A DNA stretch of 64,000 bases, taken from positions 1 to 64,000 of the IMG/VR virus record IMGVR_UViG_3300042465_004839; one strand, given 5' to 3'. The DNA is from a virus. The notes below the pieces were generated by a model. It was given only the letters and a program-made list of their open reading frames with translations, was not told the DNA's origin and did not search any database. The position numbers were made by a program, and so were the translations under genes. The first letter of the stretch is position 1, and every line of letters starts with the position of its first letter. This document shows, piece by piece, positions 46,404-57,123 of the stretch.

Positions 46404-49400
46404 ATGGCTTGTAATATAAATTATACCCCTATTGGGAAGACAGAACCTATAAAACTTACTGAAGCAGAGTTTATTGTATACCTTGCAACGCCAGATGAGA
46501 ATGGAGAAACAGAGTATCAACGACTACTTGATGCAGGAATAGATTTACCTAAAATAACCCAACCAAAAGCAACTAAAAAAGAAGCTGAACCTGTTCAAGA
46601 AGGCGAGAAGAGAGAAAAGTCTGTACTAAATAAATTTATGAATAGTACAGCAGGATCTAAGTTTAAGAAAGACATAGAAACTTTAGGTTTAGAGTATGTA
46701 ATAAAAGACCAAGCAGCAGCAAACGAGTACGCCCAGTACCTTTATAATAACTTAGGTTTTGCAGAAGCATTAAGAGAGGCTACTTACAATGATGTTAAAA
46801 CATTAGTATTTGGGGCAGCAATAGATGACTTATCAAAGAAAATAGAAACAGCAACAGGAAAAGAGTTAGCAGACTTAGAGGCAGAACGCAAGAAGGTAGT
46901 AAATGAGTTTGATGAGTTTGCAAGAGATTTAGGTAGAGGAGTAGCAGCAATAGGCTACTGGTATCTAAACAATGCATCGGCAATTGAGTTTATGCTAAAA
47001 AGACAGATAGAGAATCAAGCTAAAGAAATACTATCACCAAAAGGACAAAAAGCAAACGAAACATTACAACACAAGTTAGACCAAGTAAGTAAAGAGTTAG
47101 CAGATTTAAAAGCAAGTGCAAGTAGTGAGGCAGCAGCAAGGGCAGCAGCAAAAGCAGAGAAAGAGGCAGGTATAAGTATAGAGAAAGAGTTAGCTAAAAA
47201 GGATGGTATTGGTAAAAATGCTACTGAGGCTAAGAAAAAGCAAGTAAGAGATTTTATGAGTAAGTTTTTGGTTGATGAATCAAAACCTTTAAGTAATAAA
47301 ACCTTTTCAACAATACTTCCTGTCAATGTTATAATTGACCCTAAAAAGTATAATAAGTTTATAGAGTTTCTTACAAAGCGACTTGAGGATGGAGTTGATA
47401 TTCAAATGGCAATATCACAAGCATCAACAGATATGTTACTCTTTGCAAAAAGTAAGGAAATAAAAGATATTGTAAATCTTTTTAATAAAAAAAGAAAAGA
47501 GTCAACTAACGAAAAACCTAAATCAGAACTACAGGAACAAAGAGAAGCTGCTAAAAAAGCATTTTACGATATAGCTAATATGGGCAAGAAAGCTATGCGT
47601 GGAGAGATGACTCCTAAAGAATACAAACAATTTATAGAGGAGTTACTACTATCATCTGATGAGATACAGGCAAAAAGCAAGCAAGACTTTATAGATAAAC
47701 TAACAGCAAAATTAAAGGAGTACGGAATAGAAAATGCAAGTGAGTATGTAAAAATATTTGTTGCTGAAAGAGAGGCTATTATTAATCAGAAAGCACAACA
47801 AATATTAGACAGAACTTTTAAGGGAATAAAAGATAAGTTAAGTGGAACATTTTTCCCAAGCAGAAAGAAAATAGAAACTCAAAGAATAATGGAGGCTATT
47901 ATGTATGGCGCATTACAAAATGAGGACTATGCTAAATTATTCTACGAAAAGTACGGTATAGTAGATGCAAACGACCCACAAGTAGCAGAAAAATTAAAGG
48001 AACTTACAGAAATGTATAAAAATGCTACTACACCATTCTACAAAGAAATGGTATTAGCAAGGGCTGCTGGATACATTGGGTACATAAAAGCTAAAAATAA
48101 AACTTTAGGAGCTTGGTTAAACTATTTCTACAATAATATTTTACTTCATTACGATACTATTTTCAAAATGATAAAGTTTAACGTAACTGCAAAGTTAGGA
48201 GGTACAGCGATGTTAATGGCAAAGAATCCTTACAATGCTATGTATTTTGCAAAAAAGATGTTTACAAGGAGTGGACTAAACTTTAGTAGGTCTTTGGCAA
48301 TGGCAGAAGCAGCTTTTAGAGATAAGGTAAACATGAAGTTTGACTTAAAGGATAACGATGCAATATTAAACTTAAAAGACTATATAGGTAATAAGTTTAA
48401 AAGATTTGTTCAATCTTTTAATAGAATGGCATCAAGAAGTTTAGGAGGCGGTGATGCTTTGTTTAGTTCAGTTGCAGCAGAAGCAAAATTAACTGAACTG
48501 TTATTTAACGAGTTTAGTAAAGAATTAAAGGCTAAAGGTATAAAGTTAAGCAAAAAAGAAACACAGGCTCTTATAAACGATATAATGGGTCACGATGCAG
48601 TAATTATAGATGCTATAAACGAGCAGTCAATAAAAGATGCATTAGCATATTATAATAAGAATAGTTATGAGGAATTAACTGCTGATGAAAAGCATGATGT
48701 AAAATTAAATACATTGTACACCTTGAATAAAAGAATGATTACAAGGGGTGCTGAGTTAGCAACAGAATTTGATTTAGCAAATATTAATGCACAAAGCATA
48801 ATGATGGATAAGGAAAGAGCTGACAAGTGGGCTAAGACATCAGTAATGTACGGTAGACCAGAAGGAACAGTTGGACTTATTGCCGATGTAATAGGAACAG
48901 TAGGGGAAGGATTACAATGGTCAAAACCATTCTTTGCAACTATTATAAATGCACCATTGAATATGCTAAACTTATATATTAACGGATCACCTTTAGGTAT
49001 TGCAAGGTTAGCACTTAACTTATCAAGAAGTAAGAGAGGATTATTCTTGAGTGATGCATACATTAAAAAGCATGGGTTAGAGGCAGGAGTAAACATTACA
49101 CCTGACCAAAAGAAGGAAATGATTATAAGAGTTGCTGCTGCACAGTTGTTAACAATTGGTATTTGTGCTTTACAGGGAGCTTTTGATGATGATGATGATT
49201 TAGAAGAAGAATGGAAAAAAGGTACATGGAGAGATAGAAAATTATATATAACAGCCGACTTGACAGGTGACTACAAAAAGAATGAAACATTAAAGAAGAC
49301 AGCAGGCGGTGCAGGATTAGAGGAGTACTCTGTGTATGCATATGGTCGAAAGGTTTGGGATTATAAAGATGATTTTAGTGGAATATTCTTTTTACAGTCA

Positions 49401-50525
49401 GGTATTTATATGGATGCAAGAAGAAGTGGCAGAATAAATAAAGATAGAACTTGGGCTGATAAGTTACTTGCAGCACAAATGTTAGAAATAGAAGCACTAA
49501 AGGATATATCTTCATTAAAATCTGTAGCAGAAACTATAGATGTAGTTTTAGGTGGTGGAAAGTATAAAGGGGAAGAGTTAAATATTACACAAAGAATGAA
49601 AGACCATTGGGAAACATCAATGGCTAAAACTATAACAGCAGGAGGATTCCCAGCAGGTAGGATGTGGCAATCAGCAATTGAAGACTACAGAGGTTTAACA
49701 TCTCAAGATAAAAAAGAACCTTACGGAGTTTTAGATAAATTAAAAGGAATGGTAGCCTTACAAGAAGATTTAAGAACTAAAACAGACTTCTTTGGTAGAC
49801 CAATAAAAGAAAGATTTAAAGTAGCATCACCTTTAGCAACTAACTTTGTAAGGCAAACTCCTACAAACGAATGGTTGATATTATGGCAAAAGGCAAAACT
49901 GTCAGACCCTTTATTTACGTTATTGGCTGAACATGATTTTAATGAAATAAAACATAAGCTTAGAACAAATCAAGCTATGACAGACTTAGGTAAGTACGGA
50001 ATAGGTAAGATAGACCTTACACAAAGACAGATAGATGAGATAAATGAGGCAAGGGGTAAAGCACTTTTAACATTCCTATCAGACCCAACTAATTTTGAGG
50101 CAATGGATATGCTTGACGACAAAGAATTTGCAACAGTAGCAACACTTGTACTAAATACTGCAAATAGAAATGCATTCCAAAAAGTAGTAGAAGGCAAAAC
50201 AACAAACACGCTATCAACAGGATACATAGAGGCACAAGAGCAGGCGGACTTGAAAGAAATTGATGCTAAAATGAAGAAGGCTAAGGAAGAAGTTATTGCT
50301 GAAGAAAAACGTATACAAAGAAATCGTATCACTCAAGAAGAGTTAGACTTTAGTAAAAAAGTAGGAAAGGGTGACTGGGATAGAAGAAAAGATTATTTCA
50401 TACTTGACTTACAAAACAGCAATTCTCCAGAAAGCCAAATAAGAAGGTGGACAAAAGGATTTGGCGGTACAGATGATATTACAGTAACCGAAGCAGAAGA
50501 TTTAAGAAAACAATTAAAAAAATAA
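46404..50525 (+). CDS. Large helical ejection protein (internal virion protein D-like)
   Basis: 1373 aa, helical, hydrophobic mid-C region, DFFGRP motif; promoter TAAATTTG at 46371-78. Confidence 0.6.
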   Translation: MACNINYTPIGKTEPIKLTEAEFIVYLATPDENGETEYQRLLDAGIDLPKITQPKATKKEAEPVQEGEKREKSVLNKFMNSTAGSKFKKDIETLGLEYVIKDQAAANEYAQYLYNNLGFAEALREATYNDVKTLVFGAAIDDLSKKIETATGKELADLEAERKKVVNEFDEFARDLGRGVAAIGYWYLNNASAIEFMLKRQIENQAKEILSPKGQKANETLQHKLDQVSKELADLKASASSEAAARAAAKAEKEAGISIEKELAKKDGIGKNATEAKKKQVRDFMSKFLVDESKPLSNKTFSTILPVNVIIDPKKYNKFIEFLTKRLEDGVDIQMAISQASTDMLLFAKSKEIKDIVNLFNKKRKESTNEKPKSELQEQREAAKKAFYDIANMGKKAMRGEMTPKEYKQFIEELLLSSDEIQAKSKQDFIDKLTAKLKEYGIENASEYVKIFVAEREAIINQKAQQILDRTFKGIKDKLSGTFFPSRKKIETQRIMEAIMYGALQNEDYAKLFYEKYGIVDANDPQVAEKLKELTEMYKNATTPFYKEMVLARAAGYIGYIKAKNKTLGAWLNYFYNNILLHYDTIFKMIKFNVTAKLGGTAMLMAKNPYNAMYFAKKMFTRSGLNFSRSLAMAEAAFRDKVNMKFDLKDNDAILNLKDYIGNKFKRFVQSFNRMASRSLGGGDALFSSVAAEAKLTELLFNEFSKELKAKGIKLSKKETQALINDIMGHDAVIIDAINEQSIKDALAYYNKNSYEELTADEKHDVKLNTLYTLNKRMITRGAELATEFDLANINAQSIMMDKERADKWAKTSVMYGRPEGTVGLIADVIGTVGEGLQWSKPFFATIINAPLNMLNLYINGSPLGIARLALNLSRSKRGLFLSDAYIKKHGLEAGVNITPDQKKEMIIRVAAAQLLTIGICALQGAFDDDDDLEEEWKKGTWRDRKLYITADLTGDYKKNETLKKTAGGAGLEEYSVYAYGRKVWDYKDDFSGIFFLQSGIYMDARRSGRINKDRTWADKLLAAQMLEIEALKDISSLKSVAETIDVVLGGGKYKGEELNITQRMKDHWETSMAKTITAGGFPAGRMWQSAIEDYRGLTSQDKKEPYGVLDKLKGMVALQEDLRTKTDFFGRPIKERFKVASPLATNFVRQTPTNEWLILWQKAKLSDPLFTLLAEHDFNEIKHKLRTNQAMTDLGKYGIGKIDLTQRQIDEINEARGKALLTFLSDPTNFEAMDMLDDKEFATVATLVLNTANRNAFQKVVEGKTTNTLSTGYIEAQEQADLKEIDAKMKKAKEEVIAEEKRIQRNRITQEELDFSKKVGKGDWDRRKDYFILDLQNSNSPESQIRRWTKGFGGTDDITVTEAEDLRKQLKK

Positions 50526-50538
50526 CTATCTTTGTAAC

Positions 50539-51162
50539 ATGACAGGAGCAGAAATATACGGAATATTAGGAGCATTATATGACTTTCCTATGAACGGGAT
50601 TATACCAAAGGCAAAGGTAAATCAACAGTTAGTAATGATTCAAGCAGAGTACTTTAAACCTATGTTTAAATTATTTGGTGAGAATGGTGAAATAAATGGT
50701 GAGTTAGAGCCACTAATGAAAACATTTTCTGTTGCAACACCTACTAATAATAAGGTATCTAAAACAGCAAGTATGGTAGACTACTTTGCTTTAATAGGTA
50801 TTGATGCAACATTTGCTGTAAACGGTAACAACTACACAAATACTGCTGCTCCTTTACCACCAAACTCAATGACCAATAGTTTCAGCAATGGAACATTTTT
50901 GTACCCTAAGTACTATATAGTAAATGATGACATAATAATATACCCTAAAAACATTCAATGCACATTAGCAGAGGGCAACTATTTTAGAACACCATTTACC
51001 ATAGATGTAACAAATAGTGGTACACAGATACTTTATAACATTAACACAGTAACAGGAATAGTAAGACAGTTACTTTCAAGTTACGGATTAAGTTTATCAG
51101 ACCCACGTTATCAACAATGGGAACGTGAAATTATGCAAACAAATAACACCGTAATTAAATAA
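50539..51162 (+). CDS. Head-tail connector/ring protein
   Basis: About 210 aa, YPKY..VNDDIIIYP...YFRTP pattern, in the morphogenesis block. Confidence 0.5.
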   Translation: MTGAEIYGILGALYDFPMNGIIPKAKVNQQLVMIQAEYFKPMFKLFGENGEINGELEPLMKTFSVATPTNNKVSKTASMVDYFALIGIDATFAVNGNNYTNTAAPLPPNSMTNSFSNGTFLYPKYYIVNDDIIIYPKNIQCTLAEGNYFRTPFTIDVTNSGTQILYNINTVTGIVRQLLSSYGLSLSDPRYQQWEREIMQTNNTVIK

Positions 51163-52037
51163 TGGCACTACTACCAAAAATAAACCTATACCAAAACAGC
51201 GAAGATAATTCAGTTGTAGAAATACTTGATACAACAGGTCTATACGCAACAAATAATATTGGAGGATACAATTCACCTAATTTATCTATATCAAGTGCTT
51301 ACGGAGTATTAAGAGTAGGAAACTACCTAAGCTTACAGAACCTTAATATTTTAAGTAGTGGTAACTTAACTCAATACAAAGAGTACATTAAAACAGCAGG
51401 CACTAATAAAACATACGATAACAAAGTATTAGTAGTAGGAAGTGTGTTCACACCATTTATAAGTGTAGCAGTACAAAGTGGCGATACATTTGAAGAAACT
51501 GGGTATTACTACTCACCACTTGGAACATGGCTACCAAGTGTAACTACTCCAATATACTTGACAAGTCAGAATTTAGGTTTAGGTGCAAGTGATGTAATAA
51601 CCGATACGATATTCCCAATAGAATATAAGGTGTACGGTGCAATACTAACTAACCCTACAACAACAGTAGGAACAGAGTACTTAGTACAAAGTAACTCAAC
51701 AACGTGGGGTGGAAACACATACCGCAAAGGAGAACTATTTATAGCAAGTGCAGCAAGTGCAGTTGTAGGAACAGTAAGTCCTTACGCAGGAGGTTACTAC
51801 AATACTTTCCAGACATCGTTCAATATTAGTCAGCAATTGAAGGATTTAATTGTGAGTAATATTAACAATCCTAAACCCAAAAACGAACAGTTCCAAATGG
51901 AGATAGCAAGACTATACTCAAGAATAGAGGCAATGAACTGGAACAACGGATTAGGTAATGTAAGTCAAACAAATGCTTACGATAACATACAAGACATAGC
52001 AAACACTTGTACAGCATTAGCAACTAATAATTACTAA
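51162..52037 (+). CDS. Structural protein, tail hub/collar-like (paralog of 60752-61618)
   Basis: DTTGLY..NIGGY, EY...G, TGYY, helical C-terminus. Confidence 0.5.
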   Translation: MALLPKINLYQNSEDNSVVEILDTTGLYATNNIGGYNSPNLSISSAYGVLRVGNYLSLQNLNILSSGNLTQYKEYIKTAGTNKTYDNKVLVVGSVFTPFISVAVQSGDTFEETGYYYSPLGTWLPSVTTPIYLTSQNLGLGASDVITDTIFPIEYKVYGAILTNPTTTVGTEYLVQSNSTTWGGNTYRKGELFIASAASAVVGTVSPYAGGYYNTFQTSFNISQQLKDLIVSNINNPKPKNEQFQMEIARLYSRIEAMNWNNGLGNVSQTNAYDNIQDIANTCTALATNNY

Positions 52038-52038
52038 A

Positions 52039-52293
52039 GTGAACGAACATAAACTATACGAAATAATGCTATCACAGATAACCTTAGAACAACAAGGGTT
52101 ACCAAACAATAGTTATTTGAATAAAATAATAATGGAAACTACAAACTTACTACAAGCATTAAAATTTGTAGGATGTACTGCAACTGATACGTTACAGATA
52201 GAGAATAGATTAGATGCAATGTTAGGATTTTGGAGGGCAACAACACGCTACACACAAAATATATTTAACGGATATTTCCAAACAATAGCTTAA
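52039..52293 (+). CDS. Small structural-module protein (paralog of 60529-60759)
   Basis: PNN...TDT...N.LD..L..W shared. Confidence 0.5.
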   Translation: MNEHKLYEIMLSQITLEQQGLPNNSYLNKIIMETTNLLQALKFVGCTATDTLQIENRLDAMLGFWRATTRYTQNIFNGYFQTIA

Positions 52294-52302
52294 ATTTGTA
52301 GT

Positions 52303-52989
52303 ATGAATACCTTAAAAATAGTAGATGAATTAGTAAGAGCCGTAAATAGCGGTTATAATAGTAGTGACAAGAAAGTTGATGACAATTATATATTTGAAAT
52401 GCTACCACAATGGAGAGCGCAGATGATGATACTTGCCTACAACGGAGGTAAAGTACCAAACAGCAATACTATTATAAAAGGGAATAGATTAATTCCAAGT
52501 GATTGGAAGCAAGAAATAACCTATACTATAAACCCATCACAACAAGACCCAACAGCAGAATATTTAACAGTAACAGGAACACAGTTAGTGAGCTTAAATG
52601 AATTCAATGATGGTATGCAATATTTCGGAACTAAAAGCATTGCTAACAGTTTCTTTTATGCAAGGAGTCTAAATGAAATACAACAGTTAAGAGATTTAAA
52701 ATTATTAACTAAAAAACCTGCTGTACTAATAGTAGGAAACGAAAGAAGAATTTACGGTAATAAACTATTAAAAGAAATATTAGAGGTAGGTATATATCAA
52801 GATCCATACGCTGCTAATACAGTATTTAATTACAATACAGATAAGTTCCCAATAGCAGAGGATAATATTTACCTAATGAAAGAAATAGCAATTGCTGCAT
52901 TAAGGACAGAGTTCAAGGCAATAAAAGATGTAACTGCCGATGGCGGTCAGATTGAACAAGCAACTTTGAAAAACAATATTTTAGGATAG
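52303..52989 (+). CDS. Ring/connector protein (crAss-like)
   Basis: SSDKKVDDNYI...QWRA..., EVGIYQDP...FPI...D motif layout. Confidence 0.55.
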   Translation: MNTLKIVDELVRAVNSGYNSSDKKVDDNYIFEMLPQWRAQMMILAYNGGKVPNSNTIIKGNRLIPSDWKQEITYTINPSQQDPTAEYLTVTGTQLVSLNEFNDGMQYFGTKSIANSFFYARSLNEIQQLRDLKLLTKKPAVLIVGNERRIYGNKLLKEILEVGIYQDPYAANTVFNYNTDKFPIAEDNIYLMKEIAIAALRTEFKAIKDVTADGGQIEQATLKNNILG

Positions 52990-52993
52990 AAAT

Positions 52994-53029
52994 AAAAAAG
53001 CCCTAACTAAAAATTAGGGCTTTTCTTTT
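52994..53029. terminator. Bidirectional terminator between convergent late operons
   Basis: AAAAAAGCCCTAA-CTAAAAA-TTAGGGCTTTT. Confidence 0.85.
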
Positions 53030-53693
53030 AGTAAGTCTTGAATGCAAATTTGTTGTTAATATCAGCCACTCGTTTGGTATCCTGTGAGTCATTCTCCGCA
53101 GCAAGACCTCTGATGTATCTTTTCTCTACCTTGTACTCGTGAACATAAGTAGCGTACTTAGCCATTTGAGATGGGTCACCACGTTCTAAACAGAAGTCAG
53201 CGCATACTCCGAAGGTCAAACATAAATCAGCTACACGAGGTAAAACTAAATCTCCGTTCTCATCGGTATTAATTCCTATGTAAGAAATTTCACACCACAA
53301 GTCCTCTATGGCACTTCCGAACCAAATGTAATTATCCTTAACTCTTGCTGAAGTATTGTTATTAAAGTCACCCTTATAGAATCCAGTTGTAGGTGCATAA
53401 GGTGCAGTAGAGTTAATGTCATTTAAGGCTTTAAAAGTTCTAATAGGATTATGACCCTCAAGAATAATAAAACCTTTCGGCAACGGTGCTGTAAACGTAG
53501 TCAAATCAATTGGTATTTGAGCAATTTGAGTAGGAAACACAAAGAAATTCCTTAACTTCCTTACGTTATCGTTTATACTGTTATAAAGATAAGCATCGTG
53601 CAGGGGAGTATCACTAATCCCAAGTTTTAACTTAACCCTTTGTAGAATCTCATTTTCAGAAACTACATCAAAAATACCATTGTCGTTAGTCAT
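53028..53693 (-). CDS. Ring/connector protein
   Basis: APLPKGF...ISYIGINTDENGDLVLP pattern. Confidence 0.55.
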   Translation of the reverse strand: MTNDNGIFDVVSENEILQRVKLKLGISDTPLHDAYLYNSINDNVRKLRNFFVFPTQIAQIPIDLTTFTAPLPKGFIILEGHNPIRTFKALNDINSTAPYAPTTGFYKGDFNNNTSARVKDNYIWFGSAIEDLWCEISYIGINTDENGDLVLPRVADLCLTFGVCADFCLERGDPSQMAKYATYVHEYKVEKRYIRGLAAENDSQDTKRVADINNKFAFKTY

Positions 53694-53695
53694 TA

Positions 53696-54922
53696 TTATT
53701 TAGTTTTAATTATATAAGGAGTTTTTTCAACTCTTACTCTTTCTATTTCAGATGAATACCATTCTTGCAACTCAACACTTGAAATTCTAGGGTCTTGTGC
53801 TAATTCAGATATACACTTAGCTTCACTTTTACCTGTATCGGCTAAGAACTGGTATCTATTTTTAACCATATCGGCAGTCACATCTTGACCTTTAAATATG
53901 ATTTGCATCAACTTATTACTTATTTTAAGTTTACTGCTTTCAGTTTCCTTGAAATCTCTATCCTTTTCCATACGTTCAAATACAGCAGGTTTAGTTTTTA
54001 ATCCATCACCAACAGGCTCAACAGTAGTTTCTGCTAATTGGATGTCAGCACTTGGCTCAGAAATTCCTAACTCAAACTTCAATAAGTTATATTGTTGCTT
54101 GTTCTTTTTAAAGTATGCTACAGCCTCGTTTACATCAGTACCTACATTCTCTTCGTTAAACATAAAGTATGCACCAACCTTTTCAATAATGAATTTATCA
54201 TTCTTAATTAGAACAGTACCTTTAGTAATAGCAACTTGCATTGAGTCCTCTAATTTCTTAGATACAATAGTATACTTTTCAATATCAGAATTAACTAATG
54301 AAACACAATGATTGAATAGACTTCTTTCTTCGTACCCACTAATATTTTTAACACCCCAGATGTAAGCAAAATCAATCAACTTTTGTTTATCATTCTCAAA
54401 CCAAGACTTTAATTGAGATGTAGCATCAATAACTAAGAAATTAGTTTCAGTTGCTTTTTCAATTTTAGCCACGTTGTCAATGTAGTCAAATTTAACCAAG
54501 TTAAAGTTTACGTTAGGGTTTAACTCTGCACCTGCTTCGTTTTTAACAGACACTTCGTTATGAAGTTTAAGGAACGCTAACAATACTTTAATATTGTCGT
54601 TATCTTCTGGTGACAAACCATTTTCTACTGCTTCTGAATTTGTATCAAAATAAGTAAAGGAAGTAAAGAATATTTTCTTTTCTCCTTCTGTCATAAACCC
54701 ATTCAATTCAATTGAGTGAATCTTATTTCTTTCGGCAGCTTGTGTCGAATGCTCATCTAACCCACTTGGTAGATAATCTAACTTACGCAATACATTACCT
54801 TCAGAAATAAGGCAAGCCCAATCTCCTTTGTTTACGTTGGTGGTTCTCGCTTTCGTTTCAAACCTAATCTTTGGAGCAGCACTTAGGGCTTGCTTCGTTT
54901 TAATTGTTACTTCTCTTTTCAT
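53696..54922 (-). CDS. Morphogenesis protein of unknown function
   Basis: 408 aa directly after the portal; FLKLH and GTDVNEAVAYFK motifs. Confidence 0.5.
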   Translation of the reverse strand: MKREVTIKTKQALSAAPKIRFETKARTTNVNKGDWACLISEGNVLRKLDYLPSGLDEHSTQAAERNKIHSIELNGFMTEGEKKIFFTSFTYFDTNSEAVENGLSPEDNDNIKVLLAFLKLHNEVSVKNEAGAELNPNVNFNLVKFDYIDNVAKIEKATETNFLVIDATSQLKSWFENDKQKLIDFAYIWGVKNISGYEERSLFNHCVSLVNSDIEKYTIVSKKLEDSMQVAITKGTVLIKNDKFIIEKVGAYFMFNEENVGTDVNEAVAYFKKNKQQYNLLKFELGISEPSADIQLAETTVEPVGDGLKTKPAVFERMEKDRDFKETESSKLKISNKLMQIIFKGQDVTADMVKNRYQFLADTGKSEAKCISELAQDPRISSVELQEWYSSEIERVRVEKTPYIIKTK

Positions 54923-54939
54923 TGTTTGTTTGTTTTCTT

Positions 54940-57084
54940 TTATTGTATATTATTTTGATTTTCTTGTTCAAGCATTTGTTGCATTAATTTACTGTCAAGT
55001 TCTGCATCTTTATTTTCCATACTTGCAGCAGCACCTGTAGCAGCTATATTTTGTTGTGCTTGTGCCTGCATTGCTGAATTAGCAGCAGCAGCATCTTGTT
55101 GTTGTTTAACAGCAGCCTGTTCAGCTTGCATACGAAGTAGTGCCATATTATCAAGTATTTCCTCTACTGCATCAAGAGTTTCTGCTCTCATTATCTTAAT
55201 AAACTCACGTTTAGCGTCAGGATTAACACCTGCCTCTTGAACAGTAATTTGAGATAATGTAGCCTTAACTTGTTCTGTTAACTGACTATCAAAATCAAAT
55301 CTAATTTCAAAGTCATCATTAAGCATTTCTTGTACTGAATCCATTTTAAGTAATGTAGCAGCAGTATCACCTATTTGTAAACTGAATGCTCCCTCATCTT
55401 GGTCAGCAAGTACTAACCTTGTCTTGTCAACCCCTAAAGATATTACATCTTGAAAGAAGGTAGTTAATCCACCGTATAGCCATTGTGTACCTGTTTCGGC
55501 ACTAAGTATATTATTCTGTAATTGAGCCTCACCAACGTAAGTAGAAGAACCTAATCTTGACTGTACAGGCATATTAAGTACATCAGCAAGTACATTATCC
55601 CAATACTGTAGTTGTCCTAAGTATAATTGAACATTAGGGTCAACAGTCATATCAAGAATTTCAATCATCTTGTTAGTCTTTTCTTGTCCTGCCTCTACCT
55701 CTGTTCTGTTACCTACTAGTATACCTTGCTGTTTCATCATAGCAAGCATATCGGGAGTTTTCATAAAGTCAGGCAACTGAGATGTATCTACGAAAGGAAT
55801 CTTACCCATTGCCCTTGCAAGCATACCTTGCATAGTAGTAGTTAAGGCATCTTTCATATCTTGAATCTTGTGTACAAGCATTACAACGCCCATATTACTA
55901 CCAAGTAACGTGAAAGGAGTAAAGGCACAAAAATCTAATCTACGTCTTGACTTATCTCTCTTATCAGAAACACTATTAGCTTTAATACCACAGTTTCTTA
56001 AATATTTATTTCCAATTAATTGTCCTTGTCTAATACACTCTACAGGTACACCATCAATATAAGTAAGAGAACGCCACTCAACATCTGCTACCCATACTTT
56101 AGGCACAGTAGTCATGTTAGAGTACCAATTAATAAAATTCCATCCTTGAACGTAAGGAGCTTGTGCATTACCAGTATTCATAGCAATTGCCTCTAAGTCC
56201 TTTACTTCTTCTGATGTAAAATCAAATCTTGCAACAATATCAGCAACTGAGTAAGGTTTAAACTCACCTGCTAAAGCATCATTAATGTGATGGTCTTCGT
56301 TACGAGTCATATCAATAATAGCGTATTCAGGTTCTACAACCCTCATATAAACTCTACCTTTACTTTCGTAAATTCTAATTAAAGAACGACCTCCGATAAA
56401 ACAATACTGAGCAGCTTTCAAGAATAAATCAAAGTAACGATTACGATACAAGAAGTCTTTACCTAAGTTTCTATAAGCAAACTCCATTTCATCCATAAAA
56501 GTTTTAAAGTACTTTTGGATACTCATCTCATCGTTAATGTTTAAACCTTGAGGTATTTCTAACTCAATATTACCTAACTCTTTTTCGTATAATAAAAACT
56601 CTTTAGCATCTACAACTGACTTTAATACATTTAATTTTAAAGCTTTCCTACTTAATATTCCTTCGCTAATACCATTAGCTTGAAGTATTTTAGGTAGTGG
56701 CTTAAATTGTTGGCGGCACTTACCATCAAAGTAACGGAACATAGCAGATATTTCAAGTCCACGCCACATTGGTATTTGAGTGGCAGCATTTGTCGCATCC
56801 TTAGAAGCCCATTCGTATTCAGTATTGTACTGCAATCCGTAAATGTAACGAGCAGCAAATACATATTGGTCTATAAATCTTGTGTTTATTCTATCGTAAG
56901 GGTCACCAATAGCACCTCTCATTTGAGTAGAAACAATTGGCTGATTGTAAGAAGTACCTACAATCCATCTAATATTTTTAGCATAATCAGAGCCTTCCCA
57001 CTCTCTTCCATCGTTAGATTGATTGGGCTGTATTGAAGGAGAAGCCCCTCCTGATATAACTGAATTTATTAGTTTCATTTTCAT
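54940..57084 (-). CDS. Portal protein
   Basis: 714 aa after TerL; IQDMKD, AMGKIPFVDTSQLP, SRLG, Q/A-rich C-terminal barrel. Confidence 0.8.
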   Translation of the reverse strand: MKMKLINSVISGGASPSIQPNQSNDGREWEGSDYAKNIRWIVGTSYNQPIVSTQMRGAIGDPYDRINTRFIDQYVFAARYIYGLQYNTEYEWASKDATNAATQIPMWRGLEISAMFRYFDGKCRQQFKPLPKILQANGISEGILSRKALKLNVLKSVVDAKEFLLYEKELGNIELEIPQGLNINDEMSIQKYFKTFMDEMEFAYRNLGKDFLYRNRYFDLFLKAAQYCFIGGRSLIRIYESKGRVYMRVVEPEYAIIDMTRNEDHHINDALAGEFKPYSVADIVARFDFTSEEVKDLEAIAMNTGNAQAPYVQGWNFINWYSNMTTVPKVWVADVEWRSLTYIDGVPVECIRQGQLIGNKYLRNCGIKANSVSDKRDKSRRRLDFCAFTPFTLLGSNMGVVMLVHKIQDMKDALTTTMQGMLARAMGKIPFVDTSQLPDFMKTPDMLAMMKQQGILVGNRTEVEAGQEKTNKMIEILDMTVDPNVQLYLGQLQYWDNVLADVLNMPVQSRLGSSTYVGEAQLQNNILSAETGTQWLYGGLTTFFQDVISLGVDKTRLVLADQDEGAFSLQIGDTAATLLKMDSVQEMLNDDFEIRFDFDSQLTEQVKATLSQITVQEAGVNPDAKREFIKIMRAETLDAVEEILDNMALLRMQAEQAAVKQQQDAAAANSAMQAQAQQNIAATGAAASMENKDAELDSKLMQQMLEQENQNNIQ

Positions 57085-57123
57085 TTGAATGCAAATTTAC
57101 GTTAAAACATTATAATTACAAAA

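Noticed and set aside
36511-50525. crAss-type virion RNA polymerase
   Set aside because: No DxDxD (DFDID-like) catalytic motif was seen in either giant ORF.
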